From NCBI RefSeq assembly GCF_006345805.1, contig NC_043018.1, positions 19,406,001 to 19,470,000 of the forward strand: a stretch of 64,000 bases of DNA. Reading direction: 5' to 3'. Below are positions 38,712 through 52,080 of this stretch, piece by piece. Each line of letters begins with the position of its first letter. Positions within the stretch are counted from its first letter, which is position 1. This stretch comes from Octopus sinensis. Taxonomy: Eukaryota. A program made the translations under genes and the position numbers. The notes beneath the pieces are model-generated. The model was given only the letters and a program-made list of their open reading frames with translations. It was not told the DNA's origin and searched no databases.

Positions 38712-39490
38712 TCTTTTCTACTCTAGGCATAAGACCTGATATTATTGGGGAGGGGGCCGGTTGATTAGGTCAACCTCAGTATTCAACTGGTACTTAATTT
38801 ATCGACCCTGAAAGGATAAAAAGCAAATTTAAAAATTAGAATGTAAAAACAGACAAAATGCCGCTAAGTATTTTCTACTCTAGGCTCAAGGCCTGAAATT
38901 TTCAGGGTAGGGAACCAGTCGATTAGATCAACCCCAGTATGCAACTGGTACTTAATTTATTGACAACCCCCCCTAAAAGGATGACAGGCAAAGCTGACCT
39001 AATCAAAATTTGAACTCAGAATGTAAAGACAGACAAAATACCGCTAAGTATTTTCTACTCTAGGCTCAAGGCCTGAAATTTTGGGGTAGGGAACCAGTCG
39101 ATTAGATCGACCCCAGTATGCAACTGGTACTTAATTTTTTGGCCCCCCGCCCCCAAAGGATGAAAGGCAAAGTAGCCCTCGGCAGAAGTTGAACTCAGAA
39201 CATAAAGACAGACGAAATACCGTTAAGCATTTCGACCGGCATTTTAGTATTTCAATATTTCTTTATTGCCCACAAGGGGCTAAATATAGAGGGGACAAAC
39301 AAGGACAGACAAAAGGATTAAGTCGATTATATCGACCCTAGTGCATAACTGGTACTTACTTTATTGACCCTGAAAGGATGAAAGGCAAAGTTGACCTCGG
39401 CAGAATTTGAACTCAGAACGTAGCAGCAAACGAAATACCACAAGGCATTTCGCCTGGCATGCTAACGTTTCTGCAAGCTTGCCGCCTTAA
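38712..39490 (-). mobile_element. Tandem S2-family SINE units (~160-180 bp x3) plus a full S2 copy
   Basis: ttttctactctaggc...aactggtacttaattt repeated near 38714, 38871 and 39051. Confidence 0.8.
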
Positions 39491-41143
39491 GAAAACTAAA
39501 GCCTCTGGCAGAGTTTCTACAGCTGGATGTCCTTCCTAACGCCAACCACTCCAAGAGTGTAGTGGGTGCTTTTATGTGCAACCGACACGAGGACCAGTCA
39601 GGCAGTACTGGCAACGGCCATGCTCAAATGGTGCTTTTTATGTGCCACCTGCACAGGAGCCTGTCCAGTGGCACTGACAATGACCTCGTTTGAATGCTTT
39701 TCACGTGCCACCAGCATAAGTGCCAGTAAGGCGATGCAGGCAACGATCACGTTCAATGGGCTTCTTTCAGTTTCCGTCCACCAAATCCACTCACAAGGCT
39801 TTTGTCAGCCTGAGGCTATAGTATAAGCCACTTGCCCAATGTGCCATACAGTGGGACTGAACCTAGAATCTGTGGTTTGGAAGCAAGTTTCTCACCACAT
39901 AGCCACGTCTTTGCACTTCAATTTCACCGCAAGCTGTTCCATTGATCAGATCTGCAGGAACCCTTATTGTCGTAACCGATAGAGAGCCGGGTTATTTCAT
40001 CTAACACTCCTTTTCACACTCATCTTTGCTGTTTCACCTTAAATAGTTCACTGAAGAAAGACAGAACAGTTAATTCTAGAAAGGTATATTATATATCTTT
40101 AAATAACACATATCAGGTTCTCACTGTTGACATATATATAATTATATCATATATCATTTTGATAAATACTCTCTCTTCCCATTCTGTGAGAAAGACTGCA
40201 CAAACACAAGCTTACTGCTTCCCTTCTATCCAGGCCAAACTGTAAGAAAAATATCTGCGGTTTGTGTCTATTTAATTGATGTAAGCATAACGAGTCTATC
40301 ACATCTGTTATCTCTCTTTGGACATGACAATCTATATCCTGCCATTCCAAAACAACAATAGATTAATTTATGCTGGTATGTCATATATATTGGTACTCCC
40401 TCCTGTCTTTCTTTCTCTCTCTCTCTCTCTGACTCCCTGTCTCTGTCTTTCAGTCTCTCTCTCTCTCTCTTACTCTCATTGTCTCTCTGTCTATCATGTT
40501 CTTTCTCCATATTTATAGGGTAAAGATCAATATTTTCTGAAATGTCAATTCATTAGTCGTTTCCATCGTGATAAATGGATGGTTCTTCATTTTCTAAGAA
40601 CACACAAATTATTCAAGAACTACGAATGGTATTCTTCTTTCAAGAGCCCACTTTCCTGCGATGCCAGTTTCCTTACAGATGCTTACATCGTCTTAAACAA
40701 GTATTTAAATTTAATTTCAATTCACAGTGATAATATCTCAGCAAGGGATGATATTCTAAAATGGTTCTATCCAAGAGAAATTGCTTCCATTGTAAATACA
40801 GCTGCTGCCAGAAACACAGCATCTGTTTGGTACTTTGGAACAGAAGCTCGAATTATCGATTATCTTTTAATCTCTTACTTATTATTTGTTTCAGGCATCA
40901 GACTACGGACATACTGGAGCACTGCGTTGAAGAATTTCTGGTCAAAAGAATTGACTCTAATACTTCTTTTAAACCCTGGTATGTATTCTATGGGTCTCTT
41001 TTGATGGACTGCTAGGTTGTGGGGACATGAACACACAGATAACAGTTATCAAGTTGTGGTGGGGAACAAACACACACACACATGTACACACATACACACA
41101 CACACACAGACACACACACTCACACACACACACACACTATTTG

Positions 41144-41238
41144 TTATTAAAGCCACAAAAACATCACAAGGGAACTGTGATTCAGAGTTTCATGTTCCGG
41201 TTCATCAGACAGTTGTGATGTTTTTACAGTTTTAATAA
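41144..41238 (-). ncRNA. Type-I hammerhead motif with an extended bulged stem I (degenerate stems II and III)
   Basis: Minus strand aaaaacaucac-aacugu-CUGAUGA-accggaacau-GAAA-cucugaa-UC-acaguu-cccuu-gugauguuuu. Confidence 0.7.
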
Positions 41239-42533
41239 AGGACCCTCTTACTCTACATTCGGTAATTGAGTACTATATTTTTCCACATTGTTTTTACATT
41301 TATGTGCTTGCTCATGTGTGTGTGTGTGTATGCATATATAAATGTATATATAAATGTATATACATATATATATTTATATATATATAATATATATATATAT
41401 ATGTATATAATATATATAATGGTGGGCTTCTATAAGTTTCCATCTACCAAATCTACTCACAAGGTTTCAGCTGGATTGTGGCCACAGTAGAAGTCACTTG
41501 CCCAAGGTGCCATGCAGTGAGCTTGAACCTAAAACCGTGGGGTTGGGAAGCAAGCTTCTTACCTCCCAGTCATGACTGCACCTGTGTGTTTTTTACCTTT
41601 TTTTCTTTTCTTTTACTTAAATAATTCTTTGTACAAAAGACACAAAGCCTGAAGTTTTGAGAGAAGAAGGCAGTCGATCACATCAACCCCAGTATTCAAC
41701 TGGTATTCTATTTCTTCAATAAGGCGGTGAGCTGGAAGAAACATTAGCATGCCGGGCGAAATGCGTAGCCGTATTTCGTATGCCGTTACGTTCTGAGTTC
41801 AAATTCCGCCAAGGTCGACTTTGCCTTTCATCCTTTCAGGGTTGATTAAATATGTACCAGCTACGCACTGGTGTCAATATAATCGACTTAATCCGTTTGT
41901 CTGTCCTTGTTTGTCCTCTCTGTGCTTAGCCCCTTGTGGGTAGTAAAGAAATAGGTATTTTATTTCTTCAACTCTGAACGAATAAGAGGCAAAGTCAGCC
42001 TTGATGGAATTTGAACTCAGAAGGTAGATCTGTAAGAAATGCCGCTAATCATTTTCTCCAGCATGCTGGCAAATTTGGTTAGCTTTCCGCTTTCTTTTAC
42101 TTAAATAAGTTTCCCTGAACTGCGAAAGAAAAATGAAAAAAAAAATACAAGAATAAACGTTGAGCAGTCAAAGACTTTTGGCAAGCCACAAATAAAGAAT
42201 TACTCTAAATTTAAAGGTTTTGAAAATTATCTCAAAGAACCGTGTTGTACATTTACACTTTGATCTTCAGCACTTCACATGATATGTAAGAGAAAGCTAA
42301 GAGATCAATATTCAATATTGTTCAAGACAGATTTTATATCAATCAAATGCAATCTAACAATACTGGATTCCAAGACTTTGCCAACAAAGGTTCTGCTTTG
42401 TTTCAAACATTAAATGCCTAAAGGTCTTTCCAGTTAAAGAATTCTTTAAAATGGTTATGAACTCTTTTTGCCTTCATGTATATAAAAACACTCATTAACT
42501 TTATATATATGTGTGTATATATGTGTTTGTGTA

Positions 42534-42589
<56 letters not shown>

Positions 42590-43240
42590 TATATACACAT
42601 ATATATATATATGTGTATATATATATGTGTGTGTGTGTGTATGTATATTATATAGATGTACTTATATACATATGTGTGTGTGTGTGTATATATATATAAA
42701 ATTAAATAAGAGTAGAAATTGATATTAATCAATTAAAACCAGTGGCTTAGCATATTTAAAAAAATCCGAAGATTAAAAATTTTTTTACATACAAAATTTA
42801 GAGGACTGACCACTAAAAGTGGACAGCCTGTATGCTAGATATAGAAGTCAAAATCGCCATTTTCCATGGAGAATGTGTTCTCAAGAAAAAATTCAGCAAA
42901 AAACCAAAGCAACAACAATGAAGATGATGATGATGATGATGACAACGACAACGATGACAACGACAACGATGCCAACGACAGTAATGCTGCTGCTGCTGAT
43001 GATGATAATGATGATGATGATGACGACGACAATGACAATGATGATGATTATGATGACGACGACGATGTTAATGATGATAATGATGATGATGATGACAATG
43101 ACGATGACGATGACGATGATGATGATGATAATGGCAAAAGAGACCAACAGAATAAATACCAAGCTTTCAAAATTAAAGATAAGTCCTAGGGTCAATTCAT
43201 TTCAAAAATTCTTCAAGGCTGTGCCCCAGCATGGCCACAG

Positions 43241-43591
43241 CCTTATGACCAAAATAAGTAAAAGATAAAAGATGAAGGATTCAAGTCAATGCTCCAGCCT
43301 GGCAATAGTCAAGGGACTGAAGCAAGCAAAACGATAAAAGAATACCTAATGCATCTATTATTATTATTATTATTACTATGACAGCAAGCTGGCAGAATCC
43401 TTAGCATGCTGGGCTTTGCGGTATTTCCTCTGTCTTTATGTTCTGAGTTCAAAATTCTTGCCTTTCAATCCTTCGGGGTCCATAAAATAAGTACCAGTTG
43501 CATTTGGATTTGAGTAATCGACTTATCCTCCCCCACAAAATTTCAGGTCTTGTACCTTTGGCAGAAAGGATTATTATTATTATCATTATTA

Positions 43592-43635
<44 letters not shown>

Positions 43636-43639
43636 TATT

Positions 43640-43685
<46 letters not shown>

Positions 43686-43875
43686 TATTGTTATCAAAAA
43701 AGTAGAAGAGTGCCATTGTTATCAACTGAACGATATTTTGACATCTCATGCGTTTTCCACAGGTTCAAAAAATAAACGTGTCAATCTACTTCATTTTAGT
43801 TAATATTTATAGGATTGCTTCGATATCTTCTGGAAGAGTTGACTCAATCCTATAAATATTATTTTTTTAAAATTA

Positions 43876-43920
<45 letters not shown>

Positions 43921-44272
43921 TATTATTATTATTATTATTCTATGCTTGACTTTTGCTTTACATTTGCACAAGCTGGCTCCAAGTCTCACCCAGAGACCTC
44001 AAGAGACAACAAGTTGGAAGTTCATGTTGGTGTTATGCCTAGGGTGCCATATATTTGGTTTTGTACTTAGTGTTGTACTAGTAAATGCCTAAAAAACCAT
44101 ACGAAAATTATGTTTGTTTTAAAACTTGAGATTACATAGAGAGTATTTTGTGTAGGATATGAGCAGTTCCCATGAGCACTATCTTTTGAATTTCTGCCAT
44201 TTTGGGGTTTCCTGGTATCTGAGTTAGGTAGCAATCAGCCCCTTTTGCTATCATTCCCTATTATTATTATTA

Positions 44273-44321
<49 letters not shown>

Positions 44322-44853
44322 GATAATAAGAAAACCATCCGAACGGGACCGTAGCCAGTACCACATCGACTGGCCTCCGTGCTGTGGGCACGTAACAAAC
44401 ACTGTCCGAGCGTGGCCGTCTGCCAGCCTCGTCTGGCACCTGTGTCCACCTTATGACCAAAATAAGTAAAAGATAAAAGATGAAGGATTCAAGTCAATGC
44501 TCCAGCCTGGCAATAGTCAAGGGACTGAAGCAAGCAAAACGATAAAAGAATACCTAATGCATCTATTATTATTATTATTATTACTATGACAGCAAGCTGG
44601 CAGAATCCTTAGCATGCTGGGCTTTGCGGTATTTCCTCTGTCTTTATGTTCTGAGTTCAAAATTCTTGCCTTTCATCCTTTCGGGGTCCATAAAATAAGT
44701 ACCAGTTGCATATTGGGTTTGATGTAATCGACTTATCCTCCCCCACAAAATTTCAGGTCTTGTACCTTTGGCAGAAAGGATTATTATTATTATCATTATT
44801 ATTGTTATATTATTATTATTATATTATTTTATTATTATTATTATTGATTATTA

Positions 44854-44893
<40 letters not shown>

Positions 44894-45077
44894 GTTATCA
44901 AAAAGTAGAAGAGTGCCATTGTTATCACTGAACGATATTTTGACATCTCATGCGTTTTCCACAGGTTCAAAAAATAAACGTGTCAATCTACTTCATTTTA
45001 GTTAATATTTATAGGATTGCTCGATATCTTCTGGAAGAGTTGACTCAATCCTATAAATATTATTTTTTTTTATATTA

Positions 45078-45122
<45 letters not shown>

Positions 45123-45474
45123 TTATTATTATTATATTATTCTATGCTTGACTTTTGCTTTACATTTGCACAAGCTGGCTCCAAGTCTCACCCAGAGACC
45201 TCAAGAGACAACAAGTTGGAAGTTCATGTTGGTGTTATGCCTAGGGTGCCATATATTTGGTTTTGTACTTAGTGTTGTACTAGTAAATGCCTAAAAAACC
45301 ATACGAAAATTATGTTTGTTTTAAAACTTGAGATTACATAGAGAGTATTTTGTGTAGGATATGAGCAGTTCCCATGAGCACTATCTTTTGAATTTCTGCC
45401 ATTTTGGGGTTTCCTGGTATCTGAGTTAGGTAGCAATCAGCCCCTTTTGCTATCATTCCCTATTATTATTATTA

Positions 45475-45526
<52 letters not shown>
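43241..45526. repeat. ~1.2-kb tandem duplication (copies start at 43241 and 44449)
   Basis: Copies near-identical, differing mostly by small indels. Confidence 0.92.
43938..44258 (-). mobile_element. 5'-truncated R4/Dong-like retrotransposon 3' end in a TAA array (duplicated at 45140-45460)
   Basis: GMIAKGADCYLTQIPGNPKMAEIQKIVLMGTAHILHKILSM* plus 3' UTR. Confidence 0.82.
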
Positions 45527-45527
<1 letters not shown>

Positions 45528-45528
45528 T

Positions 45529-46020
45529 ACGGTGGCACGTAAAAGCACCATCCGCTCGTGTCCGTTGCCAGCCTCGCCTGGCCCCCGTGCCGGTGGCACG
45601 TAAAAGCACCATCCGCTCGTGTCCGTTGCCAGCCTCGCCTGGCCCCCGTGCCGGTGGCACGTAAAAGCACCATCCGCTCGTGTCCGTTGCCAGCCTCGCC
45701 TGGATCCGTGCCGGTGGCACGTAAAAGCACCATCCGCTCGTGTCCGTTGCCAGCCTCGCCGGGCCCCCGTGCCGGTGGCACGTAAAAGCACCATCCGCTC
45801 GTGTCCGTTGCCAGCCTCGCCTGGCTCCCGTGCCGGTGGCACGTAAAAGCACCCACTACACTCACGGGGTGGTTGGCGTTAGGAAGGGCATCCAGCTGTA
45901 GAAACACTGCCAGATCTGACTGGCCTGGTGCAGCCTTCGGGCTCCCCAGACCTCAGTTGAACCGTCCAACCCATGCTAGCATGGAAAGCGGACGTTAAAC
46001 GATGATGATGATGATGATGA
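45529..46020 (+). mobile_element. Young S3 element with about 5 near-identical 61-bp units and a (GAT)n tail
   Basis: ggtggcacgtaaaagcaccatccgctcgtgtccgttgccagcctcgcctggcccccgtgcc repeated; related copy at 46292-46657. Confidence 0.9.
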
Positions 46021-47509
46021 TTATTATTATTATTATTAAGGCAGTGAGCTGGCTGAATCGTTAACATGCTGGGCAAAATGCTTAGCGGCATTTTTTCTGT
46101 CCTTACATTCTGAGTTTAAATTCTGCCGAGGTCAACTTTGCCAGTCATTCTTTAGGGATCAATAAAATAAGTACCAGTTGAATATTGGGGGTACTGTAAT
46201 CAACTATCTGCCTCCCCCACCAAAAATTGCAGGCCTTGTGTCTATAGTAGAAAGTATTATTATTATTATTATATTATTATTATTATTATTTACGGTGGCA
46301 CGTAAAAGCACCATCCGCTCGTGTCCGTTGCCAGCCTCGCCTGGCCCCCGGGCCGGTGGCACGTAAAAGCACCATCCATTCGTGTCTGTTGCCAGCCTCG
46401 CCTGGCTCCCGTGCCGGTGGCACGTAAAAGCACCATCCGTTCGTGGCCGTTTGCCAGCTCCGTCTGGCACCTGTGCAGGTGGCACGTAAAAAGCACCCAC
46501 TACACTCACGGAGTGGTTGGCGTTAGGAAGGGCATCCAGCCGTAGAAACACTGCCAGATCTGACTGGGCCTGATGAAGCCTTCCGGCTTCACAGACCCCA
46601 GTTGAACCGTCCAACCCATGCTAACATGGAAAACGGACACTAAATGATGATGATGATTATTGTAACCATCTTTACTCTCAGACATCTCCGCCTGCTAATC
46701 TCCTTTCCAAGGTTGTTGCATAAATTGATAGATCTTATTTAAAACTTCCTTTCAACTGTTATTTTGGTCAGAAAGGATTGGCATATTTATCAGAATACGT
46801 AGATATTTTTTTTCTTCTCTCGGTCTTTGAATTATGGTAATTGCAGAGACTGCTTTGATCTCCTTGTTAGTGCAGACATACATGTTATTTTCTACTGCTC
46901 ACACTTTGTTTTTATTTCTTCCTTCAGTGAAAAGCTTGTGATCATAAACAGCTTCCTATAATATTGGCTTATTTCCTTTCCCTGTCCATTCTTATAGAAT
47001 ACTGATTCTTATAGAAGAAGATTTTTATTCAATTTGTTTCAAAATTTTATTCATTTTTTGTTTTGAAAAATTTATTTGTTTAATTTAGTTTAATTTAATT
47101 TAATTTAATTTTTATTTTTTTTTATTTCAGCATTAGTTTCCTGATATTTAATCATGCTCATACTTCAACAATTTTCTTTCCATATTTCTCTTGAAATTTG
47201 TTTCAATTCATTTCGAAATTGATGAAGAATTTAGTAAAATAACTTTGGCATTATTAAGCTTGTGTTTGGAACATCAATTAGCAAACTTTTAATTGAAGGT
47301 TTCTATTTTAATTTTGAGCATTTCAAAACAGAAATTTTGCATCAAACACTCAAGGACAGTTTCTGTTGGGTTAGTATTAAAAGGGTCGATTCTGGCAATA
47401 CCATATTTCTGTTGACATAAGCTAAGGAATAATTTTGGTAAAACAACTTCCTGTTATGGCATCTAGGTGATGAGACGTTGAATGTACAACTCTGGGTGTT
47501 GAATTAAAT

Positions 47510-47897
47510 GAACTGGAAGCACTCCGTCGGTTACGATGACGAGGGTTCCGGTTGATCCGATCAACGGAACAGCCTGCTCGTGAAATTAACGTGTAAGTGG
47601 CTGAGCACTCCACGGACACATGTACCCTTAACGTAGTTCTCGGGGATATTCAGCATGACACAGAGAGTGACAAGGCCAGCCCTTTGAAATACAGGTACAA
47701 CAGAAACAGGAAGTAAGAGTGAGAGAAAGTTGTGGTGAAAGAGTACAGCAGGGATCACCACCATCCCCTGCCGGAGCCTCGTGGAGCTTTTAGGTGTTTT
47801 CGCTCAATAAACACTCACAGCGCCTGGTCTGGGGATTGAAACCGCGATCCTACAACCATGAGTCCACTGCCCTAACCACTGGGCTGTTGCGCCTCCC
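47510..47897 (-). mobile_element. tRNA-derived SINE S6 with 12-bp TSD
   Basis: TSD gttgaattaaat at 47498-47509 and 47898-47909. Confidence 0.92.
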
Positions 47898-48009
47898 GTT
47901 GAATTAAATATTCTACTTCTGAGGAAAAAATGAGTTCAGGGGGATAAAACTCCTGATCCAAACCAATAGCTCCCAGTGTAAAATCCTACCTAAATGGACC
48001 TAATAACAA

Positions 48010-48720
48010 GATGGACACAGATTCACCAGGAGACACAATCAGTGATTCAAAGTTGATGGGTGCCATGTTGATCTTGAATGATATCAAAGAATTCATTAAA
48101 TCCCAAACTGTGGAAATCCTCAACTCATTTGCCTCTGTAAAAGCTGAGTTGGGAGAATTGAACAAACATTCAACCAAAATGGAATGAGCCATTGATTTTA
48201 ACTCCAGAAAAAAAAAAAACTGAAATGAGATGGGAAATCGACAATATGGTGGAAACACAAAATAAGTTTCATGATAAATTTATGGAGCTTGAACTTTGTT
48301 CTTGTAGATCAAACATCCTCATCTATGGAATGGAACATATTGGCAATAAAGAATCAACTGGAACATCCTGTCAAGGAACTGTTGTTTATTTCTGCTCTTA
48401 AAATTGATGAGAACAAAGTGAAAGAGATGTTGCTTGCGAACATGCAGCATGTACCTCGAAGAAAAAGAGCCAGGTAAGCCAAACCCAAGTTTGTCAGAGT
48501 AACTGATCAAAATTTGGTGTTTTTTTACTGCTTGTAAGTCCTTCAAATTTCTATCAGAGAGGAAAATTGGAATTCACAGTGACCTCCCATAAGTTCTGAA
48601 ACAATTTAGAGTCAAACTGTTACATTAAGGATGATATCTCAGAAATACCTTCCACGTCCAGACAAGGATTTTCGAGAACGGCATTACTCTATCTCAACAA
48701 TTCCAAAGAAGCACCGATCA
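48010..48720 (+). pseudogene. Decayed ORF1-like region of an L1/Tx1-like LINE
   Basis: Coiled-coil-like segment then FMELELCSCRSNILIYGME...LLANMQHVPR, upstream of an APE-type ORF2; stops and frameshifts. Confidence 0.6.
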
Positions 48721-48768
48721 CCCATGGAAAACTGTTGGAATCAAAGAGCAAATAAACAAATAAAGATA

Positions 48769-48955
48769 GGTGCAGGCGTGGCTGTGTGGTAAGTAGTTTG
48801 CTTACCAACCACATGGTTCCATGTTCAGTCCCACTGCATGGCACGTTGGGCAAGTGTCTTCTACTATAGCCGTGGGCTGACCAAATCCTTGTGAGTGGAT
48901 TTGGTAGACGGAAACTGAAAGAAGCCCATTGTATTATATATATATACACACACAC

Positions 48956-49007
<52 letters not shown>

Positions 49008-49237
49008 GTGTATATATGTGTGTGTGTGTGTGTGTTTGTCCCCACCACCGTTGCTTGACAACCGATGCTGGTCTGTTTACGTCCCTGTAACTTAGTGGTT
49101 CAGCAAAGAGACCGATAGAATAAGTACTAGGCTTACAAAGAATAAGTGATGGGGTCGATTTGTTCGACTAAAGGCAGTGCCCCAGCATGGCCACAGTCAA
49201 CTGACTGAAACAAATAAAAGAATAAAAGAATAAAAGA
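48769..49237 (+). mobile_element. SINE S1
   Basis: Matches the other S1 copies. Confidence 0.88.
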
Positions 49238-49466
49238 ATTTGTGCCATGAGTATAAACTTGGATTTCCGTTCGTATTTTTTCTTTTTGAAAACTGGTGGG
49301 AAATCTATTTTGTTTTTTTTTCTTCTTTACTGGGTGTAATTGCTGTGCTTTTTGAATTTTGAGGGATTGAATAGGTTTATTTGTGTTAAAATATTTGTTT
49401 GGAACTTTGAATTTCTGTTGAGATTTAAAAAACATTGATCGGTAAATAGTGAACTCTTCTGCACTC

Positions 49467-49882
49467 CCTATTTCTTTACTACCCACAAGGGGGTAAACAC
49501 AGAGGACAAACAAGGACAGACAAACGGATTAAGTCGATTATATCGACCCCAGTGCATAACTGGTACTTATTTAATCGACCCCGAAAGGATGAAAGGCAAA
49601 GTCGACCTCGGCAGAATTTGAACTCAGAACGTAGCGGCAGACGAAATACCTATTTCTTTACTACCCACAAGGGGCTAAACACAGAGGGGACAAACAAGGA
49701 CAGACAAACGGATTAAGTCGATTATATCGACCCCAGTGCGTAACTGGTACTTTATTTATCAACCCCGAAAGGATGAAAGGCTTAGTCGACCTCGGCGGAA
49801 TTTGAACTCAGAATGTAGCGACAGACGAAATACCACAAAGCATTTCGCCCAGGGCGCTAACGTTTCTGCCAGCTCGCCGCCA
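49467..49882 (-). mobile_element. SINE S2 with a 182-bp internal tandem duplication
   Basis: cctatttctttactacccacaagggg at 49467 and 49649. Confidence 0.88.
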
Positions 49883-50353
49883 CATCTACATAAATGAGCA
49901 GAGCAACATGACGTCCTTGAACTGGTGAATTTGTGAATTTCCAGGGACATTTCAGCAAATCTGTGAATATTGATACACATCTTTCTTCAGAAAGAAAGAT
50001 TAGCAACATTTGATACAAAACCAAGCTTTCAGCTCATGAATTGACATTTCCTGTATTTTGTTGCTCTTTTGAATAAGGTCAGACTTGCATTTTAATTTAA
50101 TGGTGATGGCCATAATACGATTATATTAGTATTCTGTAATAATTGTGTAACTAAATCCAGTTGCTATGTTCCACGAAGGAAAGAAAGTCTTAGGTAAAAT
50201 GTGTTGCTAAGAATGGGTGTACGAATGGAAGGTATGAATGTCAGTTCCTGTGTGTGTTCTTCGATTGCACATCTTTTACTGGAAGGCTTCGTGGGTTCAT
50301 TCCAATACTTTTTCACCATTTGTTATGTTTTTTATTACAAATCTGTTTTATAT

Positions 50354-50770
50354 AGGCGCAGGAGTGGCTGTGTGGTAAGTAGCTTGTTTACCGACCACAT
50401 GGTTCTGGGTTCAGTCCCACTACGTGGCACCTTGGGCAAGTGTCTTCTACTATAGCCTCGGGCCGACTAAAGCCTTGTGAGTGGATTTGGTAGATGGAAA
50501 CTGAAAGAGGCCCGTCGTATATATGTATATATATATATAAGTGTGTGTGTATGTGTTTGTGTGTCTGTGTTTGTCCTCCCAACATCGCTTGACAACCGAT
50601 GCTGGTGTGTTTATGTCTCCGTTACCTAGCGGTTCGGCAAAAGAGACCGATAGAATAAGTACTGGGCTTACAAAAGAATAAGACCCGGGGTTGAGTTGCT
50701 CGATTAAAGGCGGTGCTCCAGCATGGCCACAGTCAAATGACTGAAAGAAGTAAAAGAGTAAAAGAGAGTA
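50354..50770 (+). mobile_element. SINE S1
   Basis: Matches the other S1 copies. Confidence 0.9.
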
Positions 50771-51027
50771 ATATATCCTAAATGGATGACCTAAATATAC
50801 CTATATGTTCGGTCAAATGTAGGGGTCTTAATGTTGATGCAAAAAGAAAGGATGTTTTTCATTTTTTGAGAGCCAAAAAATATAAAATCAATTTATTGCA
50901 AGATACCCACTTTTTGAATGGAAAAGAACCTTTTTATTAGAAGCGAACGGGGCTCTGAGGTACTATTTAATAGTAATAATGGACAGTGAAGAGGAGTTGC
51001 CATTTTGTTTTCTAGTAATGTTGATTA

Positions 51028-51411
51028 GTGGAGGCGCAATGGCCTAGTGGTTAGGGCAGCGGACTCGCGGTCGGAGGATCGCGGTTTCGATTCCCATACC
51101 GGGCGTTGTGAGTGTTTATTGAGCGAAAACACCTAAAGCTCCACGAGGCTCCGGCAGGGGGTGGTGGTGATCCCTGCTGTACTCTTTCACCACAACTTTC
51201 TCTCACTCTTACTTCCTGTTTCTGTTGTACCTGTATTTCAAAGGGCCGGCCTTGTCACTCTCTGTGTCACGCTGAATATCTCCGAGAACTACGTTAGGGG
51301 TACACGTGTCTGTGGAGTGCTCAGCCACTTACACGTTAATTTCACGAGCAGGCTGTTCCGTTGATTCGGATCAACCGGAACCCTCGTCATCGTAACCGAC
51401 GGAGTGCTTCC
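51028..51411 (+). mobile_element. tRNA-derived SINE S6 with 11-bp TSD, nested in the LINE ORF2
   Basis: TSD aatgttgatta at 51017-51027 and 51412-51422. Confidence 0.93.
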
Positions 51412-51644
51412 AATGTTGATTATCAGGTACATGACAGCTTCAGGGACGGCAAAGGCAATTTTCTGATGTTTAGTATTACTATTTTGTGAGAAAAAGATAG
51501 TTTTAGTCAACTTATACGGTCCAAATGCAGATGAACCAGAGTTTTATGGCTAAAATGAAAGTCTTTGGAAATTCACATCGTATTATAGCTGGGGATTTTA
51601 ATCTTTGTCTATGGCAGTCTTTGGATACTTTTAATTATCAACAT

Positions 51645-51876
51645 ATAAAAAGCACCATCCAAACATGGCTGATGCCGGTGCCCCCCTGACTGGCCTTTGT
51701 GCTGGTGGCATGTAAAAAGCACCCACTATACTCTCGGAGTGGTTGGCATTAGGAAGGGCGTTCAGCCGTAGAAACCTTCCCGGATCAGATTGGAGCCTGG
51801 TGCAGCCTCCTGGCTTGCCAGCCCTCAGTCAAACCGACCAACCCATGCCAGCATGGAAAGCAGACTGATGACGATA

Positions 51877-51907
<31 letters not shown>

Positions 51908-51937
51908 CGATGACGACGACGATGACGATGATGATAA

Positions 51938-51975
<38 letters not shown>

Positions 51976-51984
51976 GTGATGATA

Positions 51985-52022
<38 letters not shown>

Positions 52023-52023
52023 A

Positions 52024-52063
<40 letters not shown>

Positions 52064-52080
52064 CGACGACGATGATGATG
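51645..52080 (+). mobile_element. S3 element with an expanded (GAT)n tail, nested in the LINE ORF2
   Basis: The LINE reading frame resumes after the GAT array (YQHI / NNPNARK). Confidence 0.85.

Noticed and set aside
40545-40595. Minus-strand ugaaga-ccauc/gaugg-aaac hammerhead-like string
   Set aside because: Lacks C3, the NUH triplet and stem I; may be chance.
40579-41004. 141-aa ORF
   Set aside because: No recognisable domain, and it runs into a SINE remnant.
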